Origin: Welwitschia mirabilis
Taxonomy: Eukaryota
Direction of reading: 5' to 3'
Length of the DNA: 54,490 bases
Assembly: GCA_051453625.1 (NCBI GenBank)
Contig: JBOZIK010000001.1
Location: 26,380,917-26,435,406 of the forward strand
Below are positions 39,417 to 52,335 of the stretch, one piece after another; position 1 is the first letter of the stretch; every line of letters begins with the position of its first letter. Under the pieces are notes generated by a model. That model saw only the letters and a program-made list of their open reading frames with translations. It did no database searches and was not told the DNA's origin. Position numbers and translations under genes: made by a program.

Positions 39417-42400
39417 TGAAAAGAGTTATCCATCTAGAAAAAGAGTTGTTTATGGGAAGTTTATCATGAGAATAAAAAAGTCAAAATAGTTGATCTATAA
39501 TACTATTAATGATGGTAAGATTAAATTCTTGTATGAGAAGGATCCATCTAATAAGTCTAACACTAGAATATTTCTTAGTCATAAGATAGAAGATGACTAT
39601 ATGATTTGTGTAAACATTAATGAGGAAGCTAAGAAGATAATATCAAAGATGATCAAGACAAAAGACAATGGTAAGCATTTCTCTCTTAGTAGTGGTATAG
39701 TTGGATTAGGCTTAGGACAAAGTTTTACTAAGATAGTATATGACTTTAAAACCATTTTCATACTTTTGGTCAAGAACCCTACCTATAACAATGTTGCTTA
39801 CATTACACGTAAGTTCAAAATCCTTACTCCAGTTAGTACCCATGACAATAGGTTTAGACTAAATGTTTTCTTTAAGAGTCTTAAATGTAAATTGACATGA
39901 ATTGTTCTAATCAAATTTAGCATCTTTTTCAAGTAATGAGTGAAGTAGCTTATAAATTCTAGCATAATCATGAATAAAATGCCAATATAAACTAGAATAA
40001 CCAAGAAAATTCTAACTTATTTGATATTAGTCAAAGTGCTAAGGTTTTTAATGATATCAAATTTTTTAGGGTTCATCCTAATTTCTTCCTGTGAAATTTG
40101 ATGTTGTAAAAAAATTCTATGATTGATAAAGAGAAAACTCTTTTTCCAACTCAAATGTAAACCACTCTTAATACATTGATCTAGGACTCTCTCTAATCTT
40201 TCTATGGTTTTTTTAAAAGTGTCAATAAAGATGGAAAAGTCATCTCTAAATATTTCAATAGAATCTTCTATCATATCAGAAAACATCCCGATCATAGCTT
40301 GTTGGAAGGTTCTAGGGAAATCGTAAAGTCCACACGGCATTCATTTAAAGCTAAAGATTCCAAAGGATGAGGTGAAGGTTGTTTTATTTTGGTCTTCACT
40401 TGCTATAAAAATTTGATTATAGCTACTATACCCATTAAGAAAATAGTAGTAGGCATAACCTTTGATTCTATCAAGTACTTAATTAAGAAAAGGCAAAAGG
40501 CAATTATATTTTTTTTGGACCTCATTAACTTTTCTAAAATTGATGCACATTCTCTATTTTCCCTCCTTCTTTGAAACATGATTAAAGAACTAATCCATTC
40601 ACTATTGTATATGAAGTATATGATTCTTACATTCATATGTTTAATGATTTCATCTTTAATTATTTGTTTAAGGACCTAGTTAAGCCTTCTTTAGGGTTGT
40701 CTAAAACTTTTAGCATTATCTTCAAGGTAAACCTCATATTAAACTATAAAAAGAGGAATTATAGCTAAGTCTTTATGTATCCAAGAAAAGGCATTTTCTT
40801 TTGAAGTTAAGAGTGATATCAAGTTTGATTCTTGTTAAAGACTGAAAAGATTACTTATTATTAGGGGATTAATTCGATTATTAAATAGAAAAATTTATTT
40901 TAGACCTTGGGGTAATTTATTAAGTTCAAGAATAAGACTTTCAATTGCCATATCATCTATCATTATGGTGACAGACGTGGTATGATGCTTTGTAAAAAAT
41001 TTTTCTATTAGGTAAATATGTTGAGTTTTTTCCTAGTCAGTGTGTTTTTAATTCTTAGACTCAAGATAGTGTGCTTTAGTGGGGTCATCATCAAGTTACT
41101 TTATGAAGCATGATTAATCTTTTCTCAATTGGTCAATGTTGTAAAAACAACCTTGTTTTTAGGTCATCTTCTAAGTTAAATACATTTCCTATGTCCTTTT
41201 TAGTAACATCAAATACTCAAATGGTAAACTATTTATTGTTAAACTAACATCTCATCATCTTATATTATGTGTCAATAATACAATGGGAAGTTGCACAAAA
41301 GGATCTTTCTAAAATAAGTATATAACCTTCATCATGTTCTATCTCAATGATGACAACATCTATGGAGTAAAAGGCTTTCTTAATTTGGATGACAAGGTCC
41401 TTGATAATTCCTACTAATTTTATGATTAAAGTTTTAGCCAATTGCAAGATAATTTGTGTAGGCTATATTATATTTTTTAACCTAAGTGTCTTACATATGT
41501 GGAAAGGCATGATGTTCACAATAATTCCTATATTCATTGGAGCTTTTTGAATTATTCTATTTTCTTCTAAGGTAACATTCATAGTTGCAACTCTAAGGTC
41601 TTTAAATTTAGCAAAATTTTTCATGACTAGGTTGAAAAGATATTGAGCAAGAAAGACTTTACTAGGAATGATACATTAATATTTTATTCTTAATAGGTCC
41701 TTCCATAACTTAGAATATTTAGAACTTTATTACAAGACTTTCCAAAAGGATAAATTGATATTTAGATCTTATATTAAAGTTTTTAAGTATTTATCAAAGG
41801 TAGGATTTGTATTTAATCAATTAATCTAAGGAGTGCATTGTTTAATCCATTTTTTTCTTANNNNNNNNNTTTAGTAGAGGTTTTAGTATGTGATGTTGAT
41901 GAAAAGTTGTATGAATCCAATATTTCTACATCAAGTTTTCATTCATTTCAATGTTTTTAGAAGTTGAAACCTTATGGATAGGAGATATAGTATTATTTCC
42001 ACTCTATTGTGCTACTTTAAAATCTTTCTTGACTTCATTTGGGTTGGGTAAAGGTTGAAATGTAAGAAACCCTTGTGGTCTTTTATTAGTAAGCATTATT
42101 TATTGGAATACANNNNNNNNNNNNNNNATGTTGCTATTAGTTTTTTCTTGCACTTTTCTCATTTCTTCTATAGATTCTCTAAGTGAATCATTCTAATTTT
42201 GTTAGAAGTTGAAGTCATTTGGTTAGAAGATTGAATCCCTTAATCTATTCTTAAAAGGTTTTCATTGTGATTATCTATATAATATTTATTAAAATTATGG
42301 TTGATTTTTAAAATTAGATATTCTTTGATTGAATTCAAAAAATTCCTTAAACATCTTCTCATTATAGGTTGGCAATAAGGGATACTCTTTAGTTGAATGA

Positions 42401-43538
42401 GATTTATCTTCATAAATTTCACAAGTTGAAGTTGAGTTTTCATCTTTTACTACTTTTTCATCAACTATCATTTATGTATACTTCTCTAAAGTGGGAGTGA
42501 AATCTTTAATCAACTTAGTTGAATCCTCTCTTTCTTCTTCCTTGTCATGTTTAACTTTCTTCAAACCTTTTAAGATTTTTCCTACACTTCAATTTTCTTT
42601 AGTTGATTTATGACAAGTTTGATTTATTTCTACAAGGTTTTACAACACACTTCATGCTTCTTCTAAGACCAAGTTTAACAATTTTCCTCTACAAAAAAAG
42701 TTTAAAAGTTATTTAAGTTCAAAATTTAATCCACTATAAAAGTAATCAACTAGCTCTTTCTTACAAAATTGATCAATAGAGTTAGAATGGATAGCTATGA
42801 TAAAATGTTTATAAGTTGTTGCATAATCCTCATGAGGTTGTTATTGGAAGTTGGTTACTTCTTTTATTCTTTTTCTCATAGAACTTTCATTCAAAAATTA
42901 TTTAATAAATACTCCTTGCACTTAACTCCAAGACTTAAGGCTTTTATGTGGAATGATTTTAAGCTAAATTTTTGCCCTTTCTCTATGTGTGACTAGAAAT
43001 ATAATCATGTAGGTATGGTCATTAATACATTTCTTCTCATCTCCCAAGATAAGAAAAAGTTGTTCAATGTCAGCTAAACATTGGGAAGGGTCTTCCTTAG
43101 GTTCTGCTAAAAATGTTGGATATGTAATTAAATTTCTTAATTTTACATCATCTTCGGGAGGTAAATCAAAGGGATTTTTAATTTTACATTTTCTATTAGT
43201 AATTAAATACCTAAGAGTAATGTTTGCATTTGAAGAAAAAGTTCCTGTTATGATTGGGGTATTAAATGAGCAACTTACCTTTGTTTTTGTGATAATTTTA
43301 ATATATTAAACATATTTTTTAATAATAAATAACATGATCTACATCTATACTATAATTTTCTTTTACAAAATATGATATTGAAACAATAAAAGTAAAAAAA
43401 TCTTCTTCTTTAATTTTAGAAAAGTGTGTACTTGGATTTTTCTCGTAGTCAAATAACCCTTCTCTGATGTTTTCTTTAATCAAGTTCTGCTCTCTCTGAT
43501 ATTTTGTATTTTTATTAGAATTCACTATATCCCTACAT
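39417..43538 (-). pseudogene. gag-pol: Athila-like gag-pol pseudogene (gag, PR, RT, RNase H)
   Basis: RT: MPCGLYDFPRTFQQAMIGMFSDMIEDSIEIFRDDFSIF (Athila-type FMDDFS). PR C-terminus: GIIKDLVIQI...LILERSF. The gag is homologous to 52336-54190. Confidence 0.9.
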
Positions 43539-43980
43539 GCTTAGTCAAAAAATAAAAAATAAAAATAAAAAATAATAGACTATCATCCTCCTTGTTATGG
43601 GGATAATAAAGGAAAATGATTATTATAGTAATAGAAAAATAAACTCAAAAAAATATTGCAGAAAATGAAAAAGCAAATTGTCATCCAGGCTATCATGGAG
43701 ATGTTAGAGGGGATGACAACACCTTTATTGCTAATTTACAAACAGAATGAAAATTTGAAAAATGAAAAATAAATTCAAAATTTTAAAACTATTATTCCCA
43801 ATGTCTTTGAAACAACAAAGAGGGTGACAGGAATCCTAAAAGGTATAGAAATTAAAAATTACTAAAATAAACCTAATTTAAACTATATTAAAAATATAGT
43901 ACTATTTTAAATAAATAACCTGAATAGAAAATTTTAATTTACTTATATGGATAGTGATAATTCTCTAGCTCCTTATGGCC

Positions 43981-43998
43981 TTTTCTAATAAGGCACCA
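43981..43998 (-). promoter_or_regulatory. Degenerate tRNA-Asp-type PBS
   Basis: The reverse complement tggtgccttattagaaaa directly follows the LTR end ...cacaaca. Confidence 0.7.
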
Positions 43999-44001
43999 AA
44001 A

Positions 44002-45254
44002 TGTTGTGGTATGATTTTATACAATCTTAAAGTTCTTTAGGTAAATCTGTAAATCAAATAACTTATAGAAAAACATAGATTAGTATAGACTAGAGTCCTC
44101 CCAAATGTCATAATCCCAACAAAGGCATTAGACTCAGAGTTATAGAATTGATTTCAAAAGGGTAGTTTTACTATTTTTATTTTTTAATAACTAAAAGTAA
44201 AAATCAAAATAAAATGCAATGTAAAGTGAATGGAGATAAAATTCAAATGGAAGTAAAATGGATTCTATTAGATTTTAATTCTCCCATTATACGAAATAGC
44301 TCTTTATAATTCAAATTAGTTAAGAAGAGTTAAAAACATGTTCCTAAGCAATATAAACTATGAGATATGCCAAATAGAATATGAAATGTAATGTGGAATG
44401 GAAATAAATTAATAAATTAAATTTATACTAATAGAATCAACCTTGACAAAGGTTGCTCTTATGATCTAATAACTTATAAAATTATCACTTAAACTATAAC
44501 TAACTTAAACCATAAGAGACATAAATATAATTGGAGTGAAAAGAGTAATTGAGTTAATAAAAAAAACTTTACATCCACTTAGAGTAAAGTAGTAGCACTG
44601 CAATGGAGGATACTTAGCCCAACACTAAGGGAACTTCTCTCTAAAGCTACCTGGATAGACCACTTATCCTTCAATCTTCTATCACAAGCATATCAAGTAT
44701 GAAAGATGGAAAAGAAAAGGAAATGAAGGAATGGGTATTTATAGCTTTACATTATAATTCTAGAATCTTAACCCTAGAAGTTGGGGGAAAAAACCTAAGT
44801 AGCCCAAATGGGTTGCATAACCCCATTACAAAGATAATTATTTCTGACCATAGAAAAATAGTTGTCATCCTAACTATTATGGGGATAATAGAGGGTATGT
44901 CACTCCACATTAAAAGGTACTTGATCATCTTCAGGCCCTACTATCGATCCCATAGCTTTTGTCTATATCAATAGTGCTATCATCCCACTTATTGTGGAGA
45001 TGCAATAGGGGACAATAGGCTTTCTTATCTTTAATCCAAAAATGAAATCAGTTTTCTACATGGTAAATCCTTTTTCCAGAGTATGAAATATCAAAATAGG
45101 CCTGAGATACCTTCAAATATTCTAATAATTACATGTTTCATTAATCATCCTATTAGTTCTCCATAATAATTAGTATTTCATCCAAACCTATATAAATGTC
45201 TTGCAAAAATACTCAAAATACGCCATCAAATTTTTAAAAATTGGCATCACATCA
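44002..45254 (-). repeat. 5' LTR of A2
   Basis: Has TG...CA termini on the minus strand (tgatgtgatgccaa ... accacaaca) and is homologous to the other family-A LTRs. Confidence 0.82.
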
Positions 45255-47120
45255 CCTTGTTTGGATCATACTAGGAGTTATGAAATTTTTATAATTCTCA
45301 TTTAATATTCTTTGTGTAAAAGGTTAAAAACCTAAGGTATGACTACTGATAAGTGCATAAAGAAGTGATGGATTTTTATTTCAATCTTATTAAAAATTGT
45401 TATAAAATGAAACTTGTTTCTTTTCATAAAGCTTGAAATTATTTAAATTTTAAATGATTGTAATTTGTAAACATTATGTACTCCTCTTGAATAATATTTC
45501 AATAGATAAGTAAAATTTAATAGTTTAATTCCATTTTTATTGTATTCATTCTTTGTGAGTTTTATGGAATTCCTTAGTATTTTAGTACTTGAATGATGGA
45601 CCATGAATATATTTTCTTGGAATACATTATTACAATGAAATATAAAATTTGACAACTTCTACCTTTATGCATTTCTCAAAGAATATATTGAGAACTTGAA
45701 ATCTTCAGTAATGTAATTATCTCGAAAATGATCTGAATGTCAAATTATGAATATCTTTCTTAAATTATTATTTAATAAGTATGAAGTTTTATAATTTATT
45801 TTTATTCATCATTTGTAAGATTTTCTTGAAAATTTATAGTTTAATTATTAGCATAGAATAATGGAATTATGCCCTTGGATGTATTACTAATGTCCACTTA
45901 TTATTTACTGACTAGCAAGCAAGCGTTATGTGTTTCCCTCTTCCTCTTATAAATATTTAAACAATATTATAAAATAAATATGCAAAGGTCATTAAAATTA
46001 AGGGTATAAGTATGTTAAATTTAAATAAAATTTCAAGCATCTTGGTGCACGTGCTATGATTTAGACCATCGACCTACCATATAGCAATGACCATCCATTA
46101 CCAATACATCATCAAGAAATATCTAGTAATGGATTATTATGCCTAAAGGTTAATACTATACACCATAGTCTTGACCATGAGTATTCATCAATTGACCTGA
46201 TGATTTATAAATGTAAATAGATCCATTCTTGAGTTAACATAGTAGCGCTCACAGTCAAGGGTGAGGGATTTAGTGTGTGATTTGAGTTGAAAACTTTTTG
46301 CTAGCTGGTGTTAAGAATCAAATGTTATCAAAGGTTTATTTGCATTCTTGTGTGATAGGAGGTCATCACCGTGTATTTTTCAAGCATTAAATTCTCGTAT
46401 CCCACCTTTCTTCCAAATCCTCTGATCTTATGATCTAACTTAGAATGTTTAGCAATTTTAATAGATGCATTTTTATCCAAGAATTTATTGTTAATAATAC
46501 TATTAAAAAGTAGAAAAAATGGTTCTACACAATCACAAAATACCTTAACTTGTGTAGAAGTAAGCGTTATGAAATAGGCACATTTAGTAAAAAAAATAAC
46601 TGACAATCATGCATAGTATTAAATAGCCAACCCTTTTCCTATTTTTGACTGCCTTTGTCATTACCCTTTCCCTAATGTAATCTTTGAGAAGATAAAATCA
46701 ATCATAATTCTTAAAGTGTCTAGGCATTTCAGATAGTATTAGAATAGGAATGATAAAAAAAAAGGTGGATCCCTGTGTAGTGCATATTTTCAACCATAGA
46801 CCACTACTCATTATTCACGCTCTTCACATTTCTTACTATCACATTTGTGAGTATAAATTAAAAAAAAAATCATTATATAGACATTTAGTGATGGATACCT
46901 TTATTCATTATGTTATTCTTAATCACATATTACTAATCACTGAGGCATGTAAGTTACAGAAATTTTTTGAAAGAGCTCAATGCTATACTAGACTTATTAA
47001 CAAGTAGTAATATGACAATAAAAGGATTCCAAGAAGAATTATCAAATTAGCAATAGGAAACAACATCACTGGTCTATAAGCCTTCCTCAATCAATTCCTA
47101 TGAAGTATTTAAGTAGGGTT

Positions 47121-48904
47121 TGTTATGGTTTGTATTCGTACAAGTTTTTATATTTAAATGTATTCTATCATTTATAAAATAAGATAGATTTCTCACATAA
47201 TACAGCAAACTAGCATGAGTGGGAGTTAACTTGAATGTCATATTCTTATTAAAGACTATAGGATGAGGCTTGAATTGCTTTTTATAAAGAAAATAAATGG
47301 GAACTAGAACTAAATAAAAAAACTAGAAAAATAAATCTATAATGCAAATGAAAATGTAGTTTAATCTAAATACAAATGTAAATGATTCTAAACTACTTTC
47401 CTTTATCCTTAATAAAGGCTATCCTTGATGATCTATATCATTCAAGAAATTGTTACCAGATTAAGGGCAATCATAAACCATAAGGATCATCTGATAATAT
47501 AATATGCAATAAAGAAAACAAACAAGTTTTATATTAAGAAGAGTAACAACAACTGGATTATAAAATAGTTAGGCCTTAATGGAGGATACATAGCCCTCCA
47601 CTAAGGGAACATATTTTTGCANNNNNNNNNNNNNNNNNNNNNNNNNNNNNNNNNNNNNNNNNNNNNNNNNNNNNNNNNNNNNNNNNNNNNNNNNNNNNNN
47701 NNNNNNNNNNNNNNNNNNNNNNNNNNNNNNNNNNNNNNNNNNNNNNNNNNNNNNNNNNNNNNNNNNNNNNNNNNNNNNNNNNNNNNNNNNNNNNNNNNNN
47801 NNNNNNNNNNNNNNNNNNNNNNNNNNNNNNNNNNNNNNNNNNNNNNNNNNNNNNNNNNNNNNNNNNNNNNNNNNNNNNNNNNNNNNNNNNNNNNNNNNNN
47901 NNNNNNNNNNNNNNNNNNNNNNNNNNNNNNNNNNNNNNNNNNNNNNNNNNNNNNNNNNNNNNNNNNNNNNNNNNNNNNNNNNNNNNNNNNNNNNNNNNNN
48001 NNNNNNNNNNNNNNNNNNNNNNNNNNNNNNNNNNNNNNNNNNNNNNNNNNNNNNNNNNNNNNNNNNNNNNNNNNNNNNNNNNNNNNNNNNNNNNNNNNNN
48101 NNNNNNNNNNNNNNNNNNNNNNNNNNNNNNNNNNNNNNNNNNNNNNNNNNNNNNNNNNNNNNNNNNNNNNNNNNNNNNNNNNNNNNNNNNNNNNNNNNNN
48201 NNNNNNNNNNNNNNNNNNNNNNNNNNNNNNNNNNNNNNNNNNNNNNNNNNNNNNNNNNNNNNNNNNNNNNNNNNNNNNNNNNNNNNNNNNNNNNNNNNNN
48301 NNNNNNNNNNNNNNNNNNNNNNNNNNNNNNNNNNNNNNNNNNNNNNNNNNNNNNNNNNNNNNNNNNNNNNNNNNNNNNNNNNNNNNNNNNNNNNNNNNNN
48401 NNNNNNNNNNNNNNNNNNNNNNNNNNNNNNNNNNNNNNNNNNNNNNNNNNNNNNNNNNNNNNNNNNNNNNNNNNNNNNNNNNNNNNNNNNNNNNNNNNNN
48501 NNNNNNNNNNNNNNNNNNNNNNNNNNNNNNNNNNNNNNNNGATGACGTGGGAAACAATAGCTCATTATAAAATATGACTTAGAATAATGACTTGGCAATA
48601 ATTCAACCATCTATATCAATAACTAATGGTGTCGTCATCCTACCTATTGTGGGGACGTTAGAGGGACAATAGTCTTCTTTCATTATTTTGCAAATAAAAA
48701 ACTAGAATTTCTATCAATAATCTTCTTCCAAGACTTGGTGTATTAGAATATGCCTTAAATGCATTAAATTTGGGTAATAATTACACATTTTTGATATCTT
48801 ATATTAGTTCCCCAAAATCCTTAGATTTGCACCTAAACTATATACATGTCCTATAAAATAGCTCATAAAAGCCCATCAAGTAACCACAAATTGGCAACAC
48901 AACA
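47121..48904 (-). repeat. 3' LTR of another family-A element (PPT at ~48908-48916; 3' UTR to 49339)
   Basis: Termini match family-A LTRs. The purine tract aagtggaggg lies immediately upstream on the minus strand. There is no PBS and no TSD (gggtt vs tagcc). Confidence 0.72.
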
Positions 48905-49339
48905 TAGCCCTCCACTTAATCTTTATCAATTCTTGACAAACACTAGGAGAAATACTATAACTATGAGTTAAGTTGTTTAATAGAAAATTAATCTAGAAAT
49001 GATAAAGCAGGATCATAAAATACATCATGCAACAAATTATCATGTAATGTTTAATGTGTATGAAAAATTTAAAATTTTTACTCATGAAATCTTAAAAATT
49101 TTATGAAAATGAGCCATAAAAATGTGTCCTACCCCCTAAGAAAAATAATAAATCCTATATTGAAAAATAAAGCAAGAAAAAATAAATGAAAGTGGGAAGG
49201 CATATGATGGGTATATTTGAATTTTAACAACTTAGAAATAAAGTGAAAATAAGAGTAAAGCAATAGCAATTTTGAAAAATATTGATGGATAAAATAGTCT
49301 AACAAGAAAACAAATATTTTATTATAAAAGGATTATAAG

Positions 49340-51534
49340 TGTTGTAATGTCAATTTGTAGGAATTTGATGGTGTATTTTAAGTACTTTTGTAGGACATTC
49401 ATACAAGTTTTAATGCGATACTAATAATTATGAGGATTTGATATGGTGATTAGTAAAACATGTGATATGTACCATTATTAACAGTTTTCCAGTATTATTC
49501 TNNNNNNNNNNNNNNNNNNNNNNNNNNNNNNNNNNNNNNNNNNNNNNNNNNNNNNNNNNNNNNNNNNNNNNNNNNNNNNNNNNNNNNNNNNNNNNNNNNN
49601 NNNNNNNNNNNNNNNNNNNNNNNNNNNNNNNNNNNNNNNNNNNNNNNNNNNNNNNNNNNNNNNNNNNNNNNNNNNNNNNNNNNNNNNNNNNNNNNNNNNN
49701 NNNNNNNNNNNNNNNNNNNNNNNNNNNNNNNNNNNNNNNNNNNNNNNNNNNNNNNNNNNNNNNNNNNNNNNNNNNNNNNNNNNNNNNNNNNNNNNNNNNN
49801 NNNNNNNNNNNNNNNNNNNNNNNNNNNNNNNNNNNNNNNNNNNNNNNNNNNNNNNNNNNNNNNNNNNNNNNNNNNNNNNNNNNNNNNNNNNNNNNNNNNN
49901 NNNNNNNNNNNNNNNNNNNNNNNNNNNNNNNNNNNNNNNNNNNNNNNNNNNNNNNNNNNNNNNNNNNNNNNNNNNNNNNNNNNNNNNNNNNNNNNNNNNN
50001 NNNNNNNNNNNNNNNNNNNNNNNNNNNNNNNNNNNNNNNNNNNNNNNNNNNNNNNNNNNNNNNNNNNNNNNNNNNNNNNNNNNNNNNNNNNNNNNNNNNN
50101 NNNNNNNNNNNNNNNNNNNNNNNNNNNNNNNNNNNNNNNNNNNNNNNNNNNNNNNNNNNNNNNNNNNNNNNNNNNNNNNNNNNNNNNNNNNNNNNNNNNN
50201 NNNNNNNNNNNNNNNNNNNNNNNNNNNNNNNNNNNNNNNNNNNNNNNNNNNNNNNNNNACGTGCATTGTCCTTTCCATCATCTCCATGACAAATAGGACA
50301 ACCATACTAGTAATGTGGTCAGAACCTGCAGCATCGACAGTAGCACATGGGATACATGTTGATAGGGCATCGACTGTATAGTTTTTTGGATGACAGATAG
50401 GACAATGGCATTGGAACTATGCATAGACAACCCACGAGATTAATGACAACACATGGCACACTGTCCAAATGGTTAAGGTGGTGTTGTCTCCACCATTATG
50501 TGGATGAAATATGATGCGACAACTGATTTTACACTGCAATAATAAATTCTATTGTAAATGGAATCAAATGAACCATGAGGATTGTTAGGGTTTCTATTTC
50601 CTACTTTTAGGATCTGCCTCTAAATCTCTCCTTGGAAAATATATAAATACCCTTCTCCTCCTTTATTCCCTTTTTATCTTTTATACCAGATACTTGTGAC
50701 AAAAGCTTGAAGGGAAAGAGATCCATCCCATGCTGCGGAAAGAAGTCTCCTTAGTATCAGACTGTGTTTCTCTCATTAAAGTGCTATTATTCTGATGTTG
50801 TAAGTGGATGTTATTCTAATTTCATTGGACTAATAAAAATTCTTCTTTTATTTCATTATTGTGCATCTCCCTTATGATTTAAGTTGATCTTAGCTAATGA
50901 AAAGCTTTGCTTTATTTAGATCTTAAGGGTAACCTTTATTAAGGTTGACCTTGTTTAGTGGAATAGATTTGTGTTATTTATTTCTTTCTTTCTATATTAC
51001 ATTTCAAGTCTTACTTAAGTTGATTTTATAGTTTATATGGATTAAGAACTAGTGAATACTCTTCTTCCTTAATATAAGTTATAGAGAAGTGGTCTTTATG
51101 AAAGAAAGACTAAGATCTAAGTAGGATCTATTTTCATTTTCATTTCTATTCCANNNNNNNNNNNNNNNNNNNNNNNNNNNNNNNNNNNNNNNNNNNNNNN
51201 NNNNNNNNNNNNNNNNNNNNNNNNNNNNNNNNNNNNNNNNNNNNNNNNNNNNNGGATATATTTTCATTTTCATTTCTATTCCATTTCCATTACATTGCAT
51301 TCCATTCCCATTCACTTGTATTTCATTTCCATTTAAGCATTGCATTTACTTAAGTTATTTTCTTTCAATTTTTCTAAGGATTAAAAAACAAAAATACTTT
51401 GGTGAAATAAATCCTCTAACTTTAAGCCTAATGCCTTCATTAGATTACAACATTTGGGTAAAATCCCATTTATAGTAGTGTGTGTTTTTCTACAAGTTAT
51501 TTGATTATAGATTGCATAAATTTGCACTGCAACA
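49340..51534 (+). repeat. 5' LTR of A3
   Basis: TG...CA termini, a TATA-like tataaatac near 50642, and a cattt/cattc low-complexity repeat at 51130-51345. Confidence 0.8.
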
Positions 51535-51537
51535 TTT

Positions 51538-51555
51538 TAGCACCATTGTCGAGGA
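51538..51555 (+). promoter_or_regulatory. Degenerate tRNA-Asp-type PBS
   Basis: tagcaccattgtcgagga vs tggcgccgttgccgggga; all differences are transitions. Confidence 0.82.
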
Positions 51556-52335
51556 AGGCTGGAAGGAGTTAAGAGGATTATTACTACTCAAGTAGGTATT
51601 TTGAATTAGTGTTGTACTTTTCTAGTTTAGGTTAAATTGGATCTATTTTTGCAAGTTAAATTTCTCCATTTTATTTTTATCCCTCTGTTATCCTTTCTAT
51701 CATGTCCATGACCTGAGAGGATGACAGTCTGAAAAATTTATTGCATTTACATATTTTCACATTTTTCTTTTGCATAAAATAATTTTTTTGTTATTTTATA
51801 GGTCATTTTCACAAAACTTTAGGATGACTGTTCTCTATTTTTTTTGAGTTTTTATAATTTCAGATTTTTTGTTTGTTGCTACCATCATCTTGCATATCAT
51901 CTATATGACTAGATGGATGATNNNNNNNNNNNNNNNNNNNNNNNNNNNNNNNNNNNNNNNNNNNNNNNNNNNNNNNNNNNNNNNNNNNNNNNNNNNNNNN
52001 NNNNNNNNNNNNNNNNNNNNNGCAAGTTAAATTTCTTCATTTTATTTTTGTCCCTCTGTTATCCTTTCTATCATGTCCATGACCTGAGAGGAGGACAGTC
52101 TGAAAAATTTATTGCGTTGACATATTTTCACATTTTTCTTTTGCATAAAATAAATTTTTTGTTATCTTATAGGTCATTTTCATGAAACTTTAGGATAATT
52201 GTTCTCTATTTTTTTTGATTTTCTATAATTTCAGATTTTTTGTTTGTTGCTACCATCATCTTGCCTATCATCTATATGACTAGATGGATGATGGTCTACC
52301 ATTTTTTATCTCTTTGTTTTATTAGTTATTTGAGC

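Larger units (their letters stand above)
39269..45254 (-). mobile_element. Athila-like Gypsy element A2, 3'-truncated in RNase H
   Basis: 5' LTR at 44002-45254, PBS at 43981-43998, and a gag-PR-RT-RH relic. Confidence 0.85.

Noticed and set aside
37974..45254. DNA transposon or DIRS-like element with terminal inverted repeats
   Set aside because: The inverted ends are ordinary Athila LTR starts, and there is no transposase, tyrosine recombinase or TSD.
46328..47007. Short ORFs 46328-46606(-) and 46750-47007(+) as host genes
   Set aside because: They have no recognisable domain or supported exon structure, and their composition fits random AT-rich sequence.
47121..48904. Solo LTR
   Set aside because: The flanks do not form a TSD, and a PPT-like tract plus UTR adjoins it, so a 3' LTR fits better.
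51079..51345. ORF MQCLNGNEIQVNGNGMQCNGNG as a repeat protein
   Set aside because: It is the antisense translation of a cattt/cattc low-complexity tract in the LTR and spans a gap.
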